64,000 bases of DNA, taken from contig CBDCSU010000004.1 in NCBI GenBank assembly GCA_965221775.1, positions 736,001 through 800,000 on the forward strand. The letters are read 5' to 3'. Position numbers and translations under genes: made by a program. Position 1 is the first letter of the stretch. Each line of letters begins with the position of its first letter. A model generated the notes under the pieces. That model worked only from the letters and a program-made list of their open reading frames with translations, was not told where the DNA came from and searched no databases. Shown here piece by piece: positions 35,688 to 44,528 of the stretch. Source of the DNA: Candidatus Latescibacterota bacterium (GTDB lineage: Bacteria; Latescibacterota; UBA2968; UBA8231).

Positions 35688-36791
35688 TTGAAGATCACCG
35701 CCCTCGAGCTGACCCCGGTGCGAACGCACCGCGAGATGGGACGCCGCGCCCCGAGCGATCCGGAGCCGGCCGAGTCCCGCCACGTGGTCGTGCAGCTGCA
35801 CACCGACGCGGGCGTCACCGGCCTCGGCGAGATGTCGGACGTCCCCTGGGAGCTGGACGCCGGGTCCGCCGCCCGCCTGCAGGCCGCCCTGGAGCCGCTG
35901 CTGGTCGGCGCCGACGCCGGGCGCCGGGGCCCGCTGCTGGAGGAGCTGTCGCGCCGGCCCTGGGAGCACCAGGTCCTGTGCGGCATCGACATGGCCGTCC
36001 ACGACGCCGTGGCGCGCAAGCTCGGAGTGTCCCTGGCCGCCCTCCTCGGGGGCGCCTTCCGCGACCGCGTCCCCTTCGCCTATCCCCTCGCCCCCTGCCG
36101 CGACGAGGCCGACGTGGCGGCCAACCTCGACCGCATCGAGCGCCGCCTCGGCGAGGGGCACTCCGCCTTCCGCTACTACTTCGGCATCGACCTGGAGCGG
36201 GACGAGAGCCTCCTCGACCGCGCCCGTGCCCGCTGGGGCGACAGCATGAAGCTGACCGCCCTCGACGCCAGCGGCCGCTTCTCGCCCGACGAGGCCGTGG
36301 CTGCGCTGAAACGCCTGGCGCCCTTCGCCCCGGACGTCTTCGAGTCCCCTGTGCGCGGCCGGCACCACGCGCCGGCGGAGCACTTCCTCGCGGTCAAGAG
36401 CGAGATCGACGTGCCGATCTCCGAGCACACGGCCGACGAAGCCTCGGCCCTGCGGATGGCTCGGTCCGGGGCCGTGGATGTCTTCAACACCGGCCTCGGG
36501 TACGCCGGCATCGAGCCCTGCCGCCGCACCTTCGCCATGGCCCGCCAGTTCGGTCTGAAGACGCTCATGGGGAGCACCGTGGAGATGTCGATCGGCACGG
36601 CCGCGAGGGTTCAGGTGGCGGCGGCCACGGCGAACCTCGATCTCGGATGCTACATGGCGGGACCCCTCGTGTACCACGAGGACGTCACCGTGGAGCCGGT
36701 CCGCTACGAGGAGGGGCAGGTGCTGGTGCCCGACGGCCCGGGGCTGGGCGTCGAGCTGGATCCGGGGAAGCTGCGGTCACTGCGGATCTGA
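35688..36791 (+). CDS. Mandelate racemase/muconate lactonizing enzyme (enolase superfamily)
   Basis: VVVQLHTDAGVTGLGE, GIDMAVHD, LLGGAFRDRVP, LDA..FESP..ISE, VPDGPGLGVELD; TTG start. Confidence 0.9.
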   Translation: MKITALELTPVRTHREMGRRAPSDPEPAESRHVVVQLHTDAGVTGLGEMSDVPWELDAGSAARLQAALEPLLVGADAGRRGPLLEELSRRPWEHQVLCGIDMAVHDAVARKLGVSLAALLGGAFRDRVPFAYPLAPCRDEADVAANLDRIERRLGEGHSAFRYYFGIDLERDESLLDRARARWGDSMKLTALDASGRFSPDEAVAALKRLAPFAPDVFESPVRGRHHAPAEHFLAVKSEIDVPISEHTADEASALRMARSGAVDVFNTGLGYAGIEPCRRTFAMARQFGLKTLMGSTVEMSIGTAARVQVAAATANLDLGCYMAGPLVYHEDVTVEPVRYEEGQVLVPDGPGLGVELDPGKLRSLRI

Positions 36792-36918
36792 GGGGAAGCG
36801 CAGTCCCTTCAGTCATCGCCTGCATGGAACTGCGTCGACCGAAGCGATGACCACAGTTCCTTTGCCGCCCTCCTTCCGTGCTCGTAGCTTGCTCATGTCA
36901 GGCTCCTTTGGTTACCGG

Positions 36919-37170
36919 ATGAACGAGTCAGCAGTCCGGCTCCGTATCGAGCCACTGGATGAAGGTGGCTATCTGGCCACGAGTCCCGATGTCCCGGGCC
37001 TGGTTGCGGAAGGACGCAGCGTCACCGAGGCCGCCGAGATTGCGCAAGGTCTCGTACGCAAAATCGCAGAGTCGTGCCTTGAGCACGGGGACCCGCTCCC
37101 TGGTGCATTGGCCACGCTTCCGGAGGGCCACGCCTCAATTGACCTGATGGTACCTGTCAGTATGCCGTAG
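36919..37170 (+). CDS. hicB: HicB family antitoxin
   Basis: IEPLDEGGYLATSPDVPGLVAEGRSVTEAAEIA...EHGDPLP. Confidence 0.85.
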   Translation: MNESAVRLRIEPLDEGGYLATSPDVPGLVAEGRSVTEAAEIAQGLVRKIAESCLEHGDPLPGALATLPEGHASIDLMVPVSMP

Positions 37171-37196
37171 TGGGACGGCTCTCCGGGTTGGCCTGA
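37170..37196 (+). pseudogene. Possible stub of hicA toxin (8 codons)
   Basis: TAGTG overlap then VGRLSGLA*, resembling MGRL(S/A)G N-termini I recall for HicA proteins. Confidence 0.45.
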
Positions 37197-37202
37197 CCGG
37201 AC

Positions 37203-37916
37203 CTACCCCAGTATCTCCACCGTCGCCGCCAGAAGCACCTCCCCCTTCATCAGCTGGCACTTCGCCTCGCCGATCGTCCCGTCGACGATCTGGCCGCGGG
37301 CGCGCAGCACCTCCTCCATGCGGTCGAAGGCGGGGGTGTGGCCCATCATCTCCGTCAGGCGGATCTCCATCTCCCGGTGCTCGGGATGGTTCAGCACCAC
37401 CACCCCGGGTGTCTCCGGCGAGAACCTCCCGTGGCGGTCGGCGCCGGCGTAGTCCTCGCCGATGTGGATCGACGAGTTCGAGGATTGACTCACCCCGAGT
37501 AGGAAGATGTAACCCCCCTTCTTGATGAGGCGGTCCAGGGCGCAGTCCCTGCCGAGGGCGCCGCGCTCCAGATCGTCCTCCACCAGGCTCTCGGCGTCGG
37601 GGCCGATGGCGGTCACCGCGTGGGTCGGGTGGAGACTCCGCACCGCCCCGGGGAACCGCCTCGCCGCTTCGGTGACGGCCCCGTTGAGCGAGGGCGACTC
37701 CAGGGGATCGAAGTACTCGCAGCTGCTGTGGGTGAAGGTCGGCACCATCAGGGTGCCTTCGGGCCCCAGGACGTCCAGGAAGGCCTGCACCACCGTTGCG
37801 GCTCCACCCTCGACGTGTCCCATGCTCGACAGCGAGCTGTGGACCATCACCCGGTCGCCGGCCTTGAGGCCCATGCTCTTCAGGCTTCTTGCGATGTCGG
37901 CTCGCGTGACGTTCAT
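37203..37916 (-). CDS. AAC(3)/YokD family N-acetyltransferase
   Basis: GLKAGDRVMVHSSLSSMG.VEGG, GTLMVPTF, RSLHPTH, LLGV....SSIH..E. Confidence 0.9.
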   Translation of the reverse strand: MNVTRADIARSLKSMGLKAGDRVMVHSSLSSMGHVEGGAATVVQAFLDVLGPEGTLMVPTFTHSSCEYFDPLESPSLNGAVTEAARRFPGAVRSLHPTHAVTAIGPDAESLVEDDLERGALGRDCALDRLIKKGGYIFLLGVSQSSNSSIHIGEDYAGADRHGRFSPETPGVVVLNHPEHREMEIRLTEMMGHTPAFDRMEEVLRARGQIVDGTIGEAKCQLMKGEVLLAATVEILG

Positions 37917-39376
37917 CGGTCCCACACGCCGTAGTCGACGACCAGCTCCACGTCCTCGATCCCCACCTTGCTGCGCAGGTCCGAGGGCCGCTCCAGCAGG
38001 CCGACCTCCAGACGGTTGGTCCCCTGCCGCAGGGCCTTCCGGTCGACCTCGATCTCCAGCCACATCCCGGTGTAGGGCGCCACCGCCTGCATGGGGCTGC
38101 GCCTCGCCCCGTCGAGGGAGACCGCTTCCCCGTTGAGGCGGACCTCCAGCCGGTCGTCCCGCACCAGGTCGTTGAAGCACAGGCGCAGGCGGGTGGAGTT
38201 GATGCGGGCGTTGCCCTCCACGTCGTCGGCGATGGTCAGGGGGATCTCGTGCATGCGGCCGAGGTCGAGGGCGGGATCGATCGACACCGGCAGGTGGGAG
38301 GGGTAGTCGACGCCCTGCACGTGCTCCACGTCGGTGCGGCGCCGCAGGAAGTAGTGCTTGTCGCCCTCGGCGATCTGCTCGGGCGTCGACAGCTGGCCGA
38401 GGATGGAACGCTCCTGGTCGCCCAGGGGCCAGGACATGAACCAGGTGTAAAGGCCGTCCACCCCGAGGCGCCAGGCGTTGGCCGCCGCCGCCCGGAACAT
38501 CGACGGCGTCGGGTATTGCCGGGCGTTGAAGCGGCGGCTCTCGTCGGCGTAGTAGGGGTGCAGCATGTAGTACACGGAGACGTCCCGTTCGTGGGCCGCC
38601 TCCACGAGCCACTCCACCGGCATGGCGGAGTCGAGGATCATGTGGGCGTATACCATGGGCACGAGGTAGTCCACCAGGCCCTCCTCGAGCCAGCGCTCCA
38701 CCTCGAGGCCGGTCTTGTGGTTGACCTCCGCCGTCGGGTAGACCCGCGCGCCGACGAGGCCGGCGTCCTTCCCGGGGCGGCTGCGCGCGGCTTCGGACGC
38801 GTGCCGGAGCCACTCCGTCATCACCGGGCCCAGGCCCTCCGCCTCCTCCTGCGGGAACCAGAAGGCGGTGCCGCCGGGGGCGGCGGCGAAGTCCAGCTCC
38901 ACACCCTCGGTGTCGTAGTCGGCGGCCAGCTCGGTGACGCCGCGCAGCATGAACTCCCGCACGTCTTCCCGGGCCATGCCCGGGCCCCCTTCCCGGGGCG
39001 AGACCTCCTTGGGCAGGCCGGCGTAGGCGCCCATGCGCAGGGAGGCGATGAAGTCCATGCCGCGGTCGTGGGCGCGGTCGACGAGGACCTGCAGCGGGTC
39101 GAGGCCGCGGTCGATGAGGCTCTGCATGTTGTGCCACACCCGCCAGTAGGCGCACTGCTCGAAGCCGCCCTGCATGTCCTGGCCGAAGGGCAGGCCCACC
39201 TTGGACGGGTAGAACCAGCCGTCGTCGCGGGCCATGCCGTAGACGAAGGTGTCGACGCCGGTGTCGGCGATCTCGTCGACGGGGGCCCAGGCGTCCTCCA
39301 GGCGCATGGGCGGCTCGTGGACGAAGAGGTAGTAGTGGCGCGCGTCGTTGAAGTAGATGGTGCGGCGCTGGCGCAT
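37913..39376 (-). CDS. GHL10-like TIM-barrel protein
   Basis: IYFNDARH, FIASLRM, YDTEGVELDF, WLEEGLVD, GVDGLY; GGAGG RBS. Confidence 0.7.
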   Translation of the reverse strand: MRQRRTIYFNDARHYYLFVHEPPMRLEDAWAPVDEIADTGVDTFVYGMARDDGWFYPSKVGLPFGQDMQGGFEQCAYWRVWHNMQSLIDRGLDPLQVLVDRAHDRGMDFIASLRMGAYAGLPKEVSPREGGPGMAREDVREFMLRGVTELAADYDTEGVELDFAAAPGGTAFWFPQEEAEGLGPVMTEWLRHASEAARSRPGKDAGLVGARVYPTAEVNHKTGLEVERWLEEGLVDYLVPMVYAHMILDSAMPVEWLVEAAHERDVSVYYMLHPYYADESRRFNARQYPTPSMFRAAAANAWRLGVDGLYTWFMSWPLGDQERSILGQLSTPEQIAEGDKHYFLRRRTDVEHVQGVDYPSHLPVSIDPALDLGRMHEIPLTIADDVEGNARINSTRLRLCFNDLVRDDRLEVRLNGEAVSLDGARRSPMQAVAPYTGMWLEIEVDRKALRQGTNRLEVGLLERPSDLRSKVGIEDVELVVDYGVWDR

Positions 39377-39387
39377 TGGAGCCTCCT

Positions 39388-40980
39388 TCAGGTGACGCCC
39401 GTGTTCCAGGGGCCCAGGTCGAGGTCGACGAAGCCGCGGTGGAAGTGGCGGCCCATGAGATAGTGGACCTCCAGCTCCACGTCGCGCAGGCTCAGGGGCG
39501 GGATCACCTTCGGCTCGCGCTTCACCAGCTCCACCTCGATCTCGTTGGCCCCCCGCCGCGGCCAGTGGTCGGGCCCGAGGCGGTAGATGAACCAGTAGCA
39601 GGTGCCGGTGCGGTATCGCGGCCCCCCCATGCGGTACGACTCGTTGATGGTGCGCAGGCCCTCGGCGGGCAGCTCGCGGCCGTTGAGGCGCATGCGCACC
39701 TCGTCGGTCTCGGTGGCGCTGAGCAGGCGCAGGCGCAGGATCACCTCGTGGACGCGGCCGTCGGCGTGCCAGCGCGGCAGGTCGTCGGAGACCTGGAGAG
39801 GGATGCGCAGCGGCTCTCCCTCGATCAGCTCCGCCGGCAGCGGGCAGCGGGCCCCCGGCTCCAGCTCGGGGTTGGGGTAGCGGTGCGTGCCGGTGGGCAC
39901 GTAGTAGTACTTGTCCTTCGGCGCCATGATCTCCGGGTGGGGCAGCTCGCGCAGCTTCTCGTAGAAGTCGGCCTTGTAGGGCCAGCAGCCGAACCAGTGC
40001 CCGAGGTAGAGGCCGTGGACGCCCTGCTCCCAGTAGTTGTTGGCGCAGGCGCGGATCATCTCGATCGGCGCCTGGTTGAGCCGGTCGGAGTCGACCAGGC
40101 TCTGCACCGTGGCCATGACGTGCACCTCCCCGCCTTCGGCCTCGCTCACCAGCTCCCGGTAGTCGGCGTTGCAGTCGACCAGCTCGGGCCCGTGGAAGGT
40201 CTGGCCGATGACGATGTCCACCAGGCCCTCCCGCATCCAGCCGGCCAGGTCGAGGCCGATGTCGTAACAGCCCTGCAGACTGGTGGGCACGCGCACGGCC
40301 AGGCGCCGGCCCTCGCCGCTGCCGCGCACGGTCTCGGAGACCTGGCGGACCCAGTCCGTCATCACCTGCCGCCCGTCGGCGACCTCGTCCGGGTGGAAGT
40401 AGTAGGGCTGGTAGTTGAGCTGCAGCTCGAAGCCGTCCACCGGGTAGTCCCGCACCGCCTCCTCGACGAGGGCGAAGCGCTCCCGGCGCACCTCCTCGTG
40501 GGCGAAGTCGAGGCAGTTGTGGCCTCTCCACGACTCGTCGACGCCGCTCTTGGCGCCGATCTCCAGGTGGGCGTTGTCGAAGCGGAAGTCGGAGCAGCGC
40601 ACGTCCTCCTCGCGCGGCCCCCTCCCCTGCTGCACCAGCAGCGTCGGGTACACGGGCAGACCCTTGGCGCGGGCGCGCTCGCAGATCACCCGCATGGGGT
40701 CGTCGCCGCTGTCGATCAGGTGGCGGGCGTTCTGGTGGGCGCGCCGGAAGATCAGGTGCGGCCAGCGATCGACGTTGTGGCCCCACAGCTCCCCGACCTT
40801 GGTGTCGTGGAGCACGGTGCGCCCGTCGCCGAGGCAGAACATGATGGCGTCCACGGGCGTGCCGACGAGCTCGTCCACCCCCTGCTCGAACTCGGCGCGC
40901 TGCATGGGGGGCTCGTACATGTAGATCAGCGGGTGGCGGCCGTCGTGGTAGAAGGCCAGCCGGGGCAGCTCGGTTGTCAT
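39388..40980 (-). CDS. GHL10-like TIM-barrel protein
   Basis: FYHDGRH, LDFAHEEVR, YPVDGFEL, WMREGLVD; tandem paralog of 37913-39376. Confidence 0.7.
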   Translation of the reverse strand: MTTELPRLAFYHDGRHPLIYMYEPPMQRAEFEQGVDELVGTPVDAIMFCLGDGRTVLHDTKVGELWGHNVDRWPHLIFRRAHQNARHLIDSGDDPMRVICERARAKGLPVYPTLLVQQGRGPREEDVRCSDFRFDNAHLEIGAKSGVDESWRGHNCLDFAHEEVRRERFALVEEAVRDYPVDGFELQLNYQPYYFHPDEVADGRQVMTDWVRQVSETVRGSGEGRRLAVRVPTSLQGCYDIGLDLAGWMREGLVDIVIGQTFHGPELVDCNADYRELVSEAEGGEVHVMATVQSLVDSDRLNQAPIEMIRACANNYWEQGVHGLYLGHWFGCWPYKADFYEKLRELPHPEIMAPKDKYYYVPTGTHRYPNPELEPGARCPLPAELIEGEPLRIPLQVSDDLPRWHADGRVHEVILRLRLLSATETDEVRMRLNGRELPAEGLRTINESYRMGGPRYRTGTCYWFIYRLGPDHWPRRGANEIEVELVKREPKVIPPLSLRDVELEVHYLMGRHFHRGFVDLDLGPWNTGVT

Positions 40981-40987
40981 GGCGTCC

Positions 40988-42112
40988 TCAGGTCCAGTTG
41001 CGGGGATCGGGAACGGCGACCCAGGTCGATCCTTCGGCGATCGACTGCTGGCTCGCCAGGCCGGGAAGGGTCATGTCCATGGCGGCGTCGATGCCGACGG
41101 CCGGCTCTGTCTCGCCGCAGATGGCGGCGACGAAGTCCTGCACCTCCCAGTAGTCGCCGCCGCCGTGGCCGGCCTGCAGCGCCTCCGGGGGCGGGCTCTT
41201 CCAGAAGTCGGGCAGGAACTCCTCCTCCAGGGCCGCCAGGGGCTCCCACCTCTGCTCCTCGCCGCGGGAGCGCAGCCACACCTTGGGCTCGGCCTCGTGG
41301 CCGTCGCCGGACTCGTAGGCGCCGTCGGTGCCCTGCAGGGCGTAGCGGGCCGTGTGGTGGGGCCGGTCGGAGAGCATGTCGACGCGGATCTGCACGAGGC
41401 CGCCGCTGACCATGCGGCACATCATGGTCACCGAGTCCTCCATCTCGTAGCGGTCGCCCCGGGGGTCGAGGTAGTGGTGGCCGGTGCCGGCGGCAGAGAC
41501 GGCGGCGACGCGGTCGGGGCGCGGGGCCCCGGCGTTGAACCACTGGTACACCGGGCCGAGGCTGTGGGTCGGGTAGGTGCAGCCGTTGACGCCGGTCTGC
41601 CAGCGCCGGCGCCAGGGTGTCGCCTCGTTGAGCCCGCGGAGCTGGTGGATGTAGGCGCCCTCGCCGTAGTAGGGGTCGCCGAAGAGCCCCCGCCGGGCCA
41701 GCTCGCGCACGAGGACGTTGGGCTTCATGTAGGTGAAGTTCTCGGCCATCATGTAGGTGGCCCCGCTGCGGCGGGCGGCGCGCACCAGGTCGCGGCACTC
41801 CTCGATGGAGACCCCGGCGGTGACCTCGCTCAGCACGTGGATCTCGCGCTCGAGGGCGAGGATCGCCTGGGGCGCGTGCCACTGCATGGGGGTGCCGATG
41901 ATGACGGCGTCCACGGCGCCGGAGTCGAGCAGCTCTCCGGCGTCGGTGAAGGTGTGCTCCACGCCGAGCTCGGCGGCGTTCGCCCGGAGCGGCTCGAGGC
42001 GCACGTCGCAGAGGGCGGTCAGCTCGGTGGCCGGGTTCGCCCGCAGGGCCTGCACGAAGCTGTTGCCGCGGCCGGCGGCGCCGATGATGCCGAAACGGAT
42101 CTCCGCCATCAC
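40988..42112 (-). CDS. Gfo/Idh/MocA family oxidoreductase
   Basis: GIIGAAGRG, HVLSEV, YMMAENF, YPTHSLGP, GHGGGDY. Confidence 0.9.
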   Translation of the reverse strand: MMAEIRFGIIGAAGRGNSFVQALRANPATELTALCDVRLEPLRANAAELGVEHTFTDAGELLDSGAVDAVIIGTPMQWHAPQAILALEREIHVLSEVTAGVSIEECRDLVRAARRSGATYMMAENFTYMKPNVLVRELARRGLFGDPYYGEGAYIHQLRGLNEATPWRRRWQTGVNGCTYPTHSLGPVYQWFNAGAPRPDRVAAVSAAGTGHHYLDPRGDRYEMEDSVTMMCRMVSGGLVQIRVDMLSDRPHHTARYALQGTDGAYESGDGHEAEPKVWLRSRGEEQRWEPLAALEEEFLPDFWKSPPPEALQAGHGGGDYWEVQDFVAAICGETEPAVGIDAAMDMTLPGLASQQSIAEGSTWVAVPDPRNWT

Positions 42113-43116
42113 TCCTGGTCCCAGGGAAGGGGCACGCCGAGGCGGGCGCCGGCGCCGCGCACCGACTCCTGCTCCGGCGGCCCGAAGGGGATGCCCTCGC
42201 GGCGGTAGCGCTCGAAGCGCTCGGCCTCGACGGCGCCGGGCAGCAGGGCGCGGTCGTGACCGGGGAAGGGCTCGTACGTGGCGGCCACGTCGCGGACCAT
42301 GCGGTCCACCTCGGCGCGGAAGGCCTCCTCCGAGACCGCCGAGCCCACGTGGATGGCCAGGATCGTGCCGCCGCTGGTGGCCTTCGGCCAGCGTTCAGCC
42401 GTGGCCGGGTCGGTCTGGGTGATCCCGGCGAGGCCGCCGCCCATGAGGGCGGCCACCGCGGTGTAGCCGACGCTCTTGAAGAAGGCCGCCGGGATCAGGG
42501 GGATCAGGGCGTCGAACTCCGCCCCCTTCTGGTAGTCGGCGAGGATGCGGGTGGCCGCGTCGAGAACGACCCCCGGCGTCTCTCCCCCCGGAAGGGCGAA
42601 GCAGATGGGCGGGTTGCCGTAGTAGGCCAGCTGCGGCTTGGGGTCGGCGGCGGCGGCGTTGCCGAGCCCCCGCGGTCCCTGCGCCGAGAACCCGATGCAG
42701 CCGGCGGCCGCGGCCCGGCGGCAGTAGTGGCCGGCGGAGCCGTAGTGGCCGATGGAGCGCACCGTGGCCATGCCCAGGCCCAGCTCCCGCGCCCGGGCGA
42801 CGGCCATGTCGGTCGCCTCCAGCATCGGCACGTATCCCAGGCCGCCGTCGCCGTCGAGGGCGGCCACGGCCGGGGTCTCGTGGATGACCGAGGCCCGCGG
42901 GGCGGGGTTGAGCAGACCCGCCTCCAGGGAGGCGCAGTATCCGTCGAGGGCGCGGCAGCCGTGGCTGCGGACGCCGCGCAGGTCGGAGTCGACGAGAAGC
43001 CGGGCCACGGCGCGCGCCTGGGCGGGAGGCGATCCGGCCTTCTCGAAGCAGGCCGAGGCAAAGCTCAGCAGCCGCTCCTCGCGCACGTTGACGGCCGTCT
43101 CCGGCGGCCGGTTCAC
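42109..43116 (-). CDS. Ldh_2 family oxidoreductase (malate/L-lactate/sulfolactate dehydrogenase type)
   Basis: SDLRGVRSHG, LDGDGGLG, HYGSAG, GNPPICFA, LLPG. Confidence 0.88.
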   Translation of the reverse strand: MNRPPETAVNVREERLLSFASACFEKAGSPPAQARAVARLLVDSDLRGVRSHGCRALDGYCASLEAGLLNPAPRASVIHETPAVAALDGDGGLGYVPMLEATDMAVARARELGLGMATVRSIGHYGSAGHYCRRAAAAGCIGFSAQGPRGLGNAAAADPKPQLAYYGNPPICFALPGGETPGVVLDAATRILADYQKGAEFDALIPLIPAAFFKSVGYTAVAALMGGGLAGITQTDPATAERWPKATSGGTILAIHVGSAVSEEAFRAEVDRMVRDVAATYEPFPGHDRALLPGAVEAERFERYRREGIPFGPPEQESVRGAGARLGVPLPWDQE

Positions 43117-43200
43117 GGCCTCTCCCTCCTTGCCCCGCCCCGGCGGCCGGAGCTACCTTGCCCCGCTCCCATTTCTCACCTGAGACCGAGCTGGATCCGA

Positions 43201-44343
43201 ATGAAACTCGACGTCGTGGAGCTGACGAAAGAGCTCGTAAGCTACAGATCCGAGAGCCGCCTGAGCAACGTCCCGGTCACCGAGCGGATCGCGGCGATTC
43301 TGGAGTCGCTGGGGTTCGAGGTCGAGCGGCTTCCCTATACCGACGACCGGGGTGTGGACAAGCTCTGCGTCGTCGGCCGGCTGGGGAAGGGCGGCGGCGG
43401 CCTGACGCTGATGAGCCACGACGACGTCGTGCCGGCGGCCCTCGAGGACGGCTGGAAGCAGGACCCCTACCAGGCCCGCGTGGCCGGGGGCAAGCTCCAT
43501 GGCCGCGGCGCCTGCGACATGAAGGGCCCCCTGGCGGCCTCGATCTGCGCCGCCGCGAAGTTCGGCGCCGGCGACCTGAAGCAGCCGCTGTTCATCGTGG
43601 TCACCGCCGACGAGGAGGTGCAGGCCCGCGGCGCCCGCGAGGTGACCCGCAAGTCGAAGCTCTTCGACGCGGCCAGCACCGGGTACGGGGTGATCTGCGA
43701 GCCCACCCTGCTGCGCGTGGTCTACGCCCACAAGGGATCGATGGCGATCCGCGCCACCGCCAGCGGCCGCGCCGCCCACACGAGCACCCTGAAGGGGGTC
43801 AACGCCAACCTCGCCATGATCCCCTTCCTGGTGGAGATGAGGAAGATCAACGACCTCGTCCTCTCCTCGAAGCGCTACCGCAACGAGGAGTTCTCGCCGC
43901 CCCACTCGGAGTGGAGCATCGGCATCAACGACGGCAACGTGGCCACCAACATCTCTCCCGTGCGCAGCGTCTGCACCGTGAGCTACCGGCTCATGCCCGG
44001 CATCGACCCGGCGCGGCTGCTGGAGCGCACGAAAGCCAAGGCCAGGGAGTGCGGCCTGAAGGTGGAGGTCCGGTTCCCCGGCGAGCCGGTCTACACCCCC
44101 CCGGACGCCCCCATCGTGCGCACCGCCCTGCGCCTGACCGGCACCCGCAAGCCGACGACCGTGGCCTACGGCACCGACGGCCTCGCCTTCCGCGAGAAGA
44201 TGCGCGACCTGGTCGTGCTTGGACCCGGCAACATCGCCCAGGCGCACACCGTGGACGAGTGGGTGCGGATCGATCAGCTGCGCAAGGCCGTCGACCTGTA
44301 CGGGCGCTTCATCGACCACGTCTGCGTGCGCGCAGAGAGCTGA
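43201..44343 (+). CDS. argE: Acetylornithine deacetylase-like M20 metallohydrolase
   Basis: SHDDVVP, GRGACDMKG, TADEE, ICEPT, HKG, YGTDG, GPGNIAQAHTVDEW. Confidence 0.78.
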   Translation: MKLDVVELTKELVSYRSESRLSNVPVTERIAAILESLGFEVERLPYTDDRGVDKLCVVGRLGKGGGGLTLMSHDDVVPAALEDGWKQDPYQARVAGGKLHGRGACDMKGPLAASICAAAKFGAGDLKQPLFIVVTADEEVQARGAREVTRKSKLFDAASTGYGVICEPTLLRVVYAHKGSMAIRATASGRAAHTSTLKGVNANLAMIPFLVEMRKINDLVLSSKRYRNEEFSPPHSEWSIGINDGNVATNISPVRSVCTVSYRLMPGIDPARLLERTKAKARECGLKVEVRFPGEPVYTPPDAPIVRTALRLTGTRKPTTVAYGTDGLAFREKMRDLVVLGPGNIAQAHTVDEWVRIDQLRKAVDLYGRFIDHVCVRAES

Positions 44344-44350
44344 GGGAGGA

Positions 44351-44517
44351 TCCGCCGCAGGGGCGAGCCCGGGAGCCCGGTCGACCGACGGCGGCCGGGG
44401 CCTCGGCGATGGACGGCTATCAGAGCCGCCCTTGCGAAGCCGATCGCCGCAGAGGTCCTGGCGGATGCGCCCCACGAGCACCTCGTCGCGGCCGCTGGCC
44501 TCCAGGGGCACGGGAAG
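44351..44517 (-). pseudogene. Degenerate copy of the asd 3' end and its downstream flank
   Basis: Translates PLEASGRDEVLVGRIRQDLCGDRLRKG; 44453-44510 matches 47702-47759 at 54/58; 12-codon internal deletion. Confidence 0.9.
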
Positions 44518-44528
44518 AGGAGAACGCA

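Noticed and set aside
21207-37916. APH and AAC(3) as an aminoglycoside resistance island
   Set aside because: They are 15 kb apart, AAC(3) is host-like and inside a metabolic operon, and family membership does not show resistance.
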